From the NCBI RefSeq assembly GCF_021378375.1, contig NZ_CP076228.1, positions 840,001 through 872,000 on the forward strand: DNA of 32,000 nt, written 5' to 3'. Under the pieces are notes generated by a model. It had not been told where the DNA came from, searched no databases, and saw nothing but the letters and a program-made list of their open reading frames with translations. The first letter of the stretch is position 1; the number at the start of each line of letters is the position of its first letter. This DNA comes from Wolbachia endosymbiont of Drosophila innubila. GTDB taxonomy: Bacteria; Pseudomonadota; Alphaproteobacteria; Rickettsiales; Anaplasmataceae. The translations under genes and the position numbers were made by a program. Shown here one piece after another: positions 16,498 to 24,329 of the stretch.

Positions 16498-18223
16498 ACC
16501 AAATTCAAATGAAGTAGTTTTTGGTATAGATCTTGGCACTACCAACTCTTTAATTGCTATGGTAAATAAAGCTGGCAACGTGGAGATATTTAAAGATGAA
16601 CAGGGAAGAGAGCTATTACCTTCTATCATTTCATGTGAAAATAATACATTGAAAACTGGCTATGATGTTGGCTCAAATGCAATCCACTCAATAAAACGTT
16701 TAATGGGTAAAAGTGTTAAAGATTTGAACAAGATGGGTGTTTATTTTGAAATAGATAACGAAAGTGAAAAAGTTATTAGAGTAAAATATTCGGAGGAAAA
16801 GTATCTTACTCCTGTTGAGATTTCTGCTGAGATATTAAAAGCTTTATGTGAGAGGGTAAAAAAGTCTAAGGGGCTGGAAGTAAAAAAAGCAGTAATTACT
16901 GTGCCAGCTTACTTTGACGATTCAGCACGTAACGCAACTAAATATGCAGCAAAATTAGCTGGCATAGAAGTTCTTCGCCTCGTTAACGAGCCAACCGCTG
17001 CAGCGCTTTCTTACTCCATTGAAAAGAACAATAACAGTGGAATATATGCAGTTTATGACCTTGGTGGTGGAACATTTGATATTTCGATATTGAAATTGCA
17101 TCAAGGAGTGTTTCAAGTTCTTGCAGTTGGTGGTGATACCAAACTCGGCGGTGATGATTTTGATCATTTGCTGAGTTCAATTGTGATTGATAAGTATAGA
17201 GAAAAGACGGCTAAGCAACTAAATTCCTTACTTATCGAATCACACTCTGTGAAAGAGTACCTAAGCAATCACACTATAGGTATCTTCGAATTTAATGTTA
17301 ACGGCAAGCCATTTGAGTGCGAAATTACCAGAGAAGAATTCGAGCAGGCAATCAGTTCTTTGGTCAATAAGACTATCAATATAGTCACTCGTACTATAAG
17401 TGATATAGATCTTAAAATTGATGATATAAAAGGAGTAATTTTAGTTGGTGGTGCAACTAGAACACCATTGGTTCAAAATTCACTAGTCAAACTCTTTGGA
17501 AATAAAGTACTAAATGACGTGGATCCAGATAAAGCAGTTGCCATTGGGGCAGCTCTGCAGGCTCATGATTTAACTTCGAGCTCAAAAGATAGGAATATTC
17601 TCCTGGATGTTTTACCTCTATCACTTGGCATAGAAACTATGGGAGGCATAGTTGAAAAAATCATACCAAGAAATACGCCACTGCCAGTTTCAGAAACAAA
17701 AGAGTTTACAACTTATATTGATGGGCAAACAGCAATGAAAATTCATGTTTGTCAGGGAGAGCGTGAAATGATAGAGGATAACAAATCTCTAGCGCAGTTT
17801 GAACTAAAAGGTATACCGCCACTGCCTGCAGGTTCTGCAAGAGTTGAAATAGAATTTACAGTTAACGTTGACGGAATCTTGACTGTTACTGCAAGAGAAA
17901 AAACTACTGGAATTGAGCAGACAGTTAAAGTAAATTCAAGTTTTGGCTTGAGTGAAGCTGATGTTCAAAATATGGTTAACCAGTCAATAAACAGTTTTGA
18001 CGAAGATATGAAGGCTCGTTCCCTTGCAGGTGCTAAAATTAATGGAAATAAACTCATACACTTGGTTGAAAACAATAATAACCTTTCCACTGATCAAAAG
18101 TTGAAAAACCTATTACAAAATGCAAAAAACGCTTTACAAGGCAATGACTTGAATGAAATTAACAACACTATCGCCGAGTTAGAAAATTCTTCTTTAGAGT
18201 TGTGTGAATTAACAAATAGGTAG
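16475..18223 (+). CDS. hscA: Fe-S protein assembly chaperone HscA (Hsp70 family)
   Basis: 582-aa ORF with Hsp70 signatures GIDLGTTNS, VYDLGGGTFDIS and VILVGGATRTP. Its start overlaps the hscB end. Confidence 0.92.
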   Translation: MQPIQISEPNSNEVVFGIDLGTTNSLIAMVNKAGNVEIFKDEQGRELLPSIISCENNTLKTGYDVGSNAIHSIKRLMGKSVKDLNKMGVYFEIDNESEKVIRVKYSEEKYLTPVEISAEILKALCERVKKSKGLEVKKAVITVPAYFDDSARNATKYAAKLAGIEVLRLVNEPTAAALSYSIEKNNNSGIYAVYDLGGGTFDISILKLHQGVFQVLAVGGDTKLGGDDFDHLLSSIVIDKYREKTAKQLNSLLIESHSVKEYLSNHTIGIFEFNVNGKPFECEITREEFEQAISSLVNKTINIVTRTISDIDLKIDDIKGVILVGGATRTPLVQNSLVKLFGNKVLNDVDPDKAVAIGAALQAHDLTSSSKDRNILLDVLPLSLGIETMGGIVEKIIPRNTPLPVSETKEFTTYIDGQTAMKIHVCQGEREMIEDNKSLAQFELKGIPPLPAGSARVEIEFTVNVDGILTVTAREKTTGIEQTVKVNSSFGLSEADVQNMVNQSINSFDEDMKARSLAGAKINGNKLIHLVENNNNLSTDQKLKNLLQNAKNALQGNDLNEINNTIAELENSSLELCELTNR

Positions 18224-18230
18224 AAAAAGC

Positions 18231-18986
18231 TTACACAACCTTGTGCAATACCCTATTTAATCTCAAAGCAACAGGTAACCTGAAATTAAATGGTAACCAA
18301 TCGACCTTTCCTAATTTAAATGATAAACCAACTATGCTTACACGCCCAATGATATTTTCCATTGGTACAAAACCAACTTCAGGAAACCTACTATCTAAAG
18401 AATTATTTCTATTGTCTCCCATAACGAAAAATTGATCGTTAGGTACATAATAAACCGGAGTGTTATATGATAGCTTATTAGAAATGTCATCTACCAAAAT
18501 CTCATGTTCCTTGCCACTTAAAAGCGTTTCTATATATCTTGGTATGTTACGATTTGACTCATAATCAAAAAAACTTTCAATTTGCCTTCGCTCTACTTTC
18601 TGATCATTTAGGTATAATTCTCCCTCTATCATTTGCACTTTGTCACCTGGTGTTCCTATTACTCGCTTAACAAACCTGATGCTGTCATTTCTTGTGGGTT
18701 TGAAAACTACTATGTCGCCACGCTTTGGAGGGGTATAAAAAATCCTGCCGCTAAAAATGTTTGGAGAAAATGGAAAGGAGTGTTTACTGTAACCGTATGA
18801 ATATTTACTAGTAAAAATGTAATCCCCTTCAAGTAGGGTGCTTTTCATTGAACCAGAAGGTATATGAAATGGCTCGAATAAAAAACTACGTATTGATAGC
18901 GCAATCAACAGTAAAAAAAACAATGAAGATAAAAATCTTCCCGTTCTTATCACCCAGTTTTTGCTTAGTTCTTCCAACTTTTCCAA
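18231..18986 (-). CDS. lepB: signal peptidase I
   Basis: 251-aa ORF with an N-terminal TM helix, SGSMKSTL (catalytic Ser), RGDIVVF, VKRVIG (catalytic Lys) and GDNRNNSLDSR boxes. Confidence 0.88.
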   Translation of the reverse strand: MEKLEELSKNWVIRTGRFLSSLFFLLLIALSIRSFLFEPFHIPSGSMKSTLLEGDYIFTSKYSYGYSKHSFPFSPNIFSGRIFYTPPKRGDIVVFKPTRNDSIRFVKRVIGTPGDKVQMIEGELYLNDQKVERRQIESFFDYESNRNIPRYIETLLSGKEHEILVDDISNKLSYNTPVYYVPNDQFFVMGDNRNNSLDSRFPEVGFVPMENIIGRVSIVGLSFKLGKVDWLPFNFRLPVALRLNRVLHKVV

Positions 18987-19118
18987 CTTTGTTTTGCTTA
19001 TAGATTAAGCTTATTATAATACATAAATTAAAAAATGGTAATATGAAATTTTACTTGTGAATGTTATTCCTCTATTCAAAACAATTTTGAAAAGGCGGTT
19101 CATTTCTTTCAACGGTGT

Positions 19119-19255
19119 CATCCAAGTAGCGTGACACATAACTGTACGAACATTGCAATTTGCAGGTGGCAGATGAAAGTAGCTGATGCACATCTGTACG
19201 AACATTTGCTTTTGTTAAGGTAATATGGTGTTATGAAAGTAGCTGACACTGGAAT
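19119..19255. repeat. imperfect direct repeats (about 38 nt, 2.5 copies)
   Basis: Units at 19119-19156 and 19172-19209, plus a truncated unit from 19232, share AAGTAGCnTGAynCACAT..CTGTACGAACATTnGC. The AAGTAGC core also occurs at 3737, 6303 and 6328. Confidence 0.5.
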
Positions 19256-19580
19256 GGCTTTGTTGCATCGCTACTTATGAAAGGCTAACTATAGTTAGGA
19301 TTATAAGCAACCTATTGAAAATCTTGTTTTTTGCAATCAATCTGATCAAATTTAAGAATAGTAATTTGTTATTTATATTAATAAATTTAATTCTATTGAA
19401 AATAGCTAAAGCATTGAAATTCTTGAATTTTAGCCGGATTGGTAAATGGTAGTGAAATTTCTTTTACTCAAATTTAGGTATTCATTGACCGTTCTTGTTA
19501 TAAATACCAGAATAATAAGCTACTGATATTCCCTATCTTTTTTATCTTTAATCCATCATAGCTAGCGATGCAACAAAGCC
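19256..19580. mobile_element. 325-bp MITE with IS903-like terminal inverted repeats
   Basis: Perfect 18-bp IRs GGCTTTGTTGCATCGCTA (19256-19273; reverse complement at 19563-19580). They are flanked by a perfect 9-bp direct repeat CACTGGAAT (19247-19255 and 19581-19589). There is no coding capacity. Confidence 0.8.
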
Positions 19581-19594
19581 CACTGGAATCTAGG

Positions 19595-19890
19595 TTGTAA
19601 CCGTTCACGGATTGTGAGAATGAATAAAGAACTAAGCAGTCGTAACTTTTGGAAGGGATTTTGGCCATTGAGACGTGATGTCAAAAATATCGACAACATT
19701 CTTTCCACAAATCTTTCTCCATGTTCCGACCAGGTGAAAAAGCTGTTTTTACGATAGCCGTCTAATTTGCCGTTCTGCAAGGTTGTTGATTGACTTCAGG
19801 CTTTCGTAAAAACTTCCACACCATATCCTCGGCCTTAACATCTTAATGGCCATTCTCAAACCATTTACAAGCCTTGTCATTTCATGCCCC
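19595..19890 (-). pseudogene. IS66-family transposase C-terminal fragment with terminal repeat
   Basis: Minus-strand translation gives INNLAERQIRRL, then after a frameshift YRKNSFFTWSEHGERF...SRLNGQNP, the IS66 NNxAERxIR / RKNWLF / AKxNGxxP pattern. The terminus TTGTAACCGTTCACGGATTGTGAGAAT at 19595 matches the IR at 22417. Confidence 0.6.
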
Positions 19891-19925
19891 CCCTTTTTGC
19901 ATTAGTTGTGTAGCATCTTTTAATA

Positions 19926-20813
19926 TTAGCAAGGCCTATAATAGTGCAACACTGCCTTACGTATTGCCAATCCAAATTCTACTTGCTGTAAAATAACACA
20001 ATCTGCTACATCGCTGCTAATCTCAATCCCTCTGTTTATTGGCCCTGGGTGCATAACAATCGCATCTGGTTTTGCGTATGATAGCTTTTGTGAATCAAGT
20101 CCATACAAATAAAAATATTCTTTCTCTGAAGAACTATTATTCATGCGCTCTTTCTGCAATCTCAAAAGCATAATTACGTCAGCATCCTTTATACCTTCAA
20201 TTAATGAATAATGGACTGAATCTACTTCAGGAAAATGCTTACAAATCAAAGTTGGTGGTGCGACCAAGTTTATCTCTGCTCCAAACATTTTTAGCAATCT
20301 TATATTTGATCTTGCAACTCTACTGTGCAGAATATCTCCACATATCACAACTTTGAGGTCCTTTATTTGCTTTTTGTGATTGCTGATTACAAGATAGTCT
20401 GCAAGAGCTTGAGTTGGATGTTCACTACTTCCATCGCCTGCATTGATTAGCGAGCAGTTAACATACTTTGCCAGTGTATTAATGATACCACTACTTTTAT
20501 GCCTGATTATTATGTAATCAGGATTCATTGCATTTAATGTTTTGATCATGTCTTTTAGATCTTCTCCCTTGTTAATAGAAGAAGATCTTATTGGCAAAGT
20601 TACAACATTTGCTCCAAGGCTTTTTGCTGCTATTTCAAAAGACGCAAGTGTACGCGTTGAATCTTCAAAGAATAAATTTATTACTGTCTTATTTTCCAAG
20701 ATATGACTATTTGCAACTTCTTTTTTAAGGTACTGGTTGGCCAACTTAGTTATATTTTCTACATCATCGACTGTAAGGTCTGAGATGTTTAACAAATTCC
20801 TTCTCTTGTTCAT
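19926..20813 (-). CDS. pyrB: aspartate carbamoyltransferase catalytic subunit
   Basis: 295-aa ORF with STRTR (EDSTRTLASF), HPTQAL and HPGPINRG motifs. Confidence 0.92.
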   Translation of the reverse strand: MNKRRNLLNISDLTVDDVENITKLANQYLKKEVANSHILENKTVINLFFEDSTRTLASFEIAAKSLGANVVTLPIRSSSINKGEDLKDMIKTLNAMNPDYIIIRHKSSGIINTLAKYVNCSLINAGDGSSEHPTQALADYLVISNHKKQIKDLKVVICGDILHSRVARSNIRLLKMFGAEINLVAPPTLICKHFPEVDSVHYSLIEGIKDADVIMLLRLQKERMNNSSSEKEYFYLYGLDSQKLSYAKPDAIVMHPGPINRGIEISSDVADCVILQQVEFGLAIRKAVLHYYRPC

Positions 20814-21016
20814 AGTTTCCTTTTCAACTACTTGAACCTATTCTACTTTCTTATTACCTTTTTTCAATAGACTTCTTGTGCAGCAATTGTTTTGGTGAAA
20901 GAACGGAAAAAGATAGTAAAGTCAAAATTAAGTTAGAAGGAAGAAAAAGTTCAGCGAGTCAAGAGTAAGGTATATTAGCATAAATCTTTCATCCCAATGT
21001 TTAGTGGCGCTGGGGA

Positions 21017-22042
21017 TTACTTCCACTTACACTCATCCGCTATCATAACAGCCTCAAAAAGATGCTTCTCAAGTTCACTTAGAGGCAAATCACTTTGTGA
21101 ATAATTTCCCCAAGATTTTAGTATATCGGAAGTTTCAACGCCTTCAATAATAGGATATTCTTGGTTTTTTTTAGCGTATAACTCTTGAGCCTGCTTGCTT
21201 ACTAAAAATTCCAATAAGACTATAGCATTTTCCCTGTTTTTTGCGTTTTTTGTTACTGCTGCACCACTGATGTTTACCATTACACCGTGATCGTTGCGAT
21301 TAGGAAAAAAAGCCCCTAGCTTGTCTGCAACATTCTTTTTATTTTCTGATGAAAGAATTCTCGCAAAGTAGTAGCTGTTTACTATTGCAACATCTCCCTC
21401 ACCCGCTGCTACGGCGTAAATTTGATCAGTATCACCACCACTTGGTTTTCTTGCCATATTGCTCACAATTCCGCTTACCCATTCTTTCGTCTTTTCAAAA
21501 CCATTATTTGCAATCATAAAAGCAATTAACGATCTGTTATATGGACTTGTAGAAGAACGCACTAATATTTTTCCTTTCCATTTTTCATTTGCTAAATCTT
21601 CATAAGTACTTAAGTCCTTAGGGTCTACTGACTCTTTATTGTAAACCAATATCCTAGCTCTTTTTGTAAGACCAAACCAATAATCTTCACTGTCTCTAAA
21701 TCTTGCAGGTATAACACTTTTTAAAACCTCTGAATCTACTTGAGATAAAAGTCCTCTTTTTTTTGCTAGAATTAAGTTGATTGCATCAGCAGTCAAAAAT
21801 AAGTCAGCTTCACCACCGTTTTCCATTCGTGAAAGTAGCTGAGAATAATCATCAATGATGTAACGTACTTTAATACCTGTATTTTTCGTGAATTCATCAA
21901 ACAAAGTACGTACTAATTCTTCTTTGCGCGATGAATAAACATTTACCACTTGTGAGTCATTAGTTCCGTCGTTTCTGTATAAATAAGTAATAACTATCAA
22001 TATAATTGCTATTAAGGATGTGAATATAAAGGCTTTTTTCAT
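21017..22042 (-). CDS. ferric iron ABC transporter periplasmic binding protein (FbpA/AfuA-like)
   Basis: The sequence resembles FbpA-family iron-binding proteins (VYSSR..EL, TADA, SGGD, two-lobe size). A signal-anchor-like N-terminus is present if translation starts at ATG 22042 (MKKAFIFTSLIA); the track's TTG at 22081 is less likely. Confidence 0.78.
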   Translation of the reverse strand: MKKAFIFTSLIAIILIVITYLYRNDGTNDSQVVNVYSSRKEELVRTLFDEFTKNTGIKVRYIIDDYSQLLSRMENGGEADLFLTADAINLILAKKRGLLSQVDSEVLKSVIPARFRDSEDYWFGLTKRARILVYNKESVDPKDLSTYEDLANEKWKGKILVRSSTSPYNRSLIAFMIANNGFEKTKEWVSGIVSNMARKPSGGDTDQIYAVAAGEGDVAIVNSYYFARILSSENKKNVADKLGAFFPNRNDHGVMVNISGAAVTKNAKNRENAIVLLEFLVSKQAQELYAKKNQEYPIIEGVETSDILKSWGNYSQSDLPLSELEKHLFEAVMIADECKWK

Positions 22043-22125
22043 ATTGGATAAAAAATAACTTCTTTCAGTTAAAGTTACCAAGATGGTACAACTTTAGCAA
22101 GTGTAAAGTTCGTTAGATAAATCAT

Positions 22126-22416
22126 AAAAACTTCCTTGACAAGCTTCGCCAGCCCCCTTATTATAACACTGAAGCTATTTATTTATCTTCGCAATCTCTG
22201 CAGTGGATTAATGACAAAAAACTTAATGTATTTGGCGTAAATCATGCTTAATTTTTTGCACTATGTGCACCTTATTTCTTTATAAAATTTCTAGGTTTTT
22301 ACCTAATATAAGCTGAAATGCGCTATTTAAAACATTAAAAAACGCCAACTTAAAAAATGGATAGTGAATAACTAGCTACCCTAGGGTTTCTTTTGCCTTT
22401 TTTTCTGTTTAGTAAA
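22126..22416 (+). repeat. promoter-led repeat, copy 3 (diverged, truncated by IS66 insertion)
   Basis: Collinear with 12169-12475 at roughly 70-75 percent identity by eye, with the promoter block and the GATAGT..ACTAGCTA..GGGnTTCTTTTGnCTTTTTTTCTGnTTAGTAAA block conserved. It ends exactly at the IS66 IR (22417). Confidence 0.65.
22136..22164 (+). promoter_or_regulatory. sigma70-like promoter at the head of repeat copy 3
   Basis: TTGACA (22136-22141), 17-nt spacer, TATTAT (22159-22164). It has the same architecture as copies 1 and 2. Confidence 0.4.
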
Positions 22417-23079
22417 TTGTATCCGTTCAGCGGAGTGGTAGAATAAGGTAGACAAAGCAAGATAATAAAGATAATCATAGAGCAAAAGTGAGGTAATGTG
22501 GTAAACCTTTGAGAACTTTGCAAAAATTTACAGCAAAAAATAGAAAAACTGAAAGCAGAGATAGAAAACTTAAAAGCAGAAAATAAAGCTTTAAAGATAG
22601 AGAACGCTGAATTAAAGGAAAGGCTCGGTTTAAATTCAAAAAACTCATCCCTGCCCAGCTCAAAAGAGCTATACAAAATAAAAAAGGACAAGCCAAAAAG
22701 CGAAAGGAATGTTGGCGATCAGGTTGGGCATAAAGGAAATTTTCATGCCACAATGGAAGCGGATAAAGTAGTAAAAATAGAGTTGCCTAATATTTGCGAA
22801 TGCGGAGGAGAGCTTGTAATATGCGAAAAACCTTATGTTCACCAAAAAGTTGATCTTCCGGAAATTAGGCCTTATGTAGTAATTGGAACATGGTCGTTGT
22901 TGGAGATGCAGAAAAAGAAAAAGTAGCAAGTTACCAGAAGGTGTTACGCCAGATACATTTGGTCCAAGGGTTAAGTCTATAATTGCAGCACTCAGCGAAT
23001 TTTACAAAAACTCAAAGCGTGAAGTGGCTAGTATCATAAATGACATTTTTAATTTGAACATAAGTGTTGGCAGCATATC
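22417..23079 (+). pseudogene. IS66-family element, 5' part (IR plus transposase N-terminus), frameshifted and interrupted
   Basis: IR TTGTATCCGTTCAGCGGAGTGGTAGAAT at 22417. The plus-frame translation (not in the ORF track for lack of a long Met-initiated ORF) gives a leucine-zipper segment, LNSKNSSLPSS, GDQVGHKG and CECGG. After a frameshift near 22885 it gives CWRCRK..LPEGVTPDTFGPRVKS, the IS66 pattern. It is cut at 23079/23080 by an IS5-family element. Confidence 0.65.
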
Positions 23080-23995
23080 AGAGGTTGTCCGGAAACTAGT
23101 AAATTCAAGCATATTCCCTCTTTAACATAACCCTACTCATAGCTAGGTATATGAAATTCTCAGTGGATGTTGTGAGTAAATCATACTCCTTCGATAGCCT
23201 TCTATTCCTATTAACCCAAGCAAAAGTCCTTTCTACAACCCATCTTCTTGGCTGTACTTTAAACCCTTGTTCTCTTGTTGGTAGTAGCTCAGGTGGCGTA
23301 TCTTTGTGCACCCAAAATCTACATGGAGGCCTTTTAACAATTTCAATATCTATGTCATATTCTTCCTTTATGTGATTCTTTAAATTTCTTCCTTGGTATC
23401 CCATGTCAGCCCACATTTTTTAACTTTAGTATATTTTGTTCTCATATTGTTTAATGCTATTTTAATACCATCTCTATCATTTTCGTTAGCAGCGCCTACG
23501 TAACAACCTAGTATAAAACCCTGAGTGTCTGTAATTATATGCCTTTTTCTACCCTTTTTACTTTTTACTTCCATCATAGCTTTGATCCCCCTTTTCTGTA
23601 GTCTTTACAGATTGACTATCTACTATACAGGCACTCGGCTGCTCATTCTTTCCTATTTTTCTTCTACTATATTTTGTAATTTCATAATTCATTTTCTCAA
23701 AAATTCCCTGCTTCTTCCATTGCCTGAACTGCTCATACACAGTCTTCCATAGCGGAAAATCATTTGGTAAATACCGCCATTGACACCCTGTACGCAATAC
23801 ATAGAAAATTGCTTCTAATATTTCTTTTTTGCTATACTTTGGCAGCCTTCCTCCTTTCTTGTATGATACTCTGAAGTGTTTTTCTATTCTTGCCCATTCC
23901 CTTTCGCTTAGATCTGTTGGATACTTTTTTCTCATCTTTACCCCGTACTAAAATTTCAGATATTATAGCCTTTTACTTGTTTCCGGACAACCTCT
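23080..23995 (-). mobile_element. IS5-family (IS1031-group, ISWpi1-like) insertion sequence, 916 bp, transposase frameshifted
   Basis: 17-bp perfect IRs AGAGGTTGTCCGGAAAC (23080-23096; reverse complement at 23979-23995). The transposase is split into three ORFs (23935-23558, 23577-23380, 23416-23105) carrying typical IS5 motifs (YVLRTGCQWRYLP, GRKRHIITD, WVVERTFAW). Confidence 0.85.
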
Positions 23996-24329
23996 AAGTG
24001 GTGAAGACTATCAGGATCTACAAGATTTTTGTGATACGCTCACTGTAAGTAAAGTTCGTTATATTAATGAGCAGATAGCAAAAGGAAAGAACAAAACTTC
24101 TTTTGTTAAAAAACTAGCTGATATTGCAAAAGACGATCAATTAGCTCAGGAACTGCGCAATAAGCCACTGTCTAAATTTAAAGAAGAAGTTGGTGGATTG
24201 AAACAGGGACTGCATCGAAGTAATAAGGCAACTGCGATACCGACCAATTATCAATACAGCGATGTTCCGAGTGACTTCGAAGCAGAATTTAAACAAGTAC
24301 AAGATTATTTCAGAACTAGGGGATATTGA
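23996..24329 (+). pseudogene. 5'-truncated phage gene (candidate scaffolding-protein C-terminus)
   Basis: An open frame runs from the IS boundary to TGA 24327-24329 (110 aa, helical and charged). Its stop overlaps the start of the coat-like gene (ATATTGATG). The scaffold call is by position only. Confidence 0.35.

Noticed and set aside
19119-19255. Possible CRISPR array.
   Set aside because: There are only 2.5 imperfect repeats, the spacers are much shorter than the repeats, there are no cas genes in the window, and the repeats are related to dispersed intergenic repeats.
22350-22929. Three overlapping minus-strand ORFs (113, 92 and 86 aa).
   Set aside because: They are antisense to the IS66-family transposase N-terminal coiled-coil region and to the repeat. 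They are phenylalanine/leucine-rich, as expected from the complement of a K/E-rich coding strand.
19595-23079. The idea that the two IS66-family fragments are halves of one element separated by a simple inversion.
   Set aside because: Together they cover only about 300 of the roughly 500 expected codons. The inner breakpoints (about 19890 next to pyrB, and 23079 at the IS5 element) do not match each other.
23380-23577. Programmed ribosomal frameshifting in the IS5-family transposase.
   Set aside because: The first break needs a +1 shift and coincides with a 7-bp tandem duplication, which looks like a mutation. The second, in an A6 run, could be slippage-prone, but I cannot distinguish that from a 1-nt deletion without other copies.
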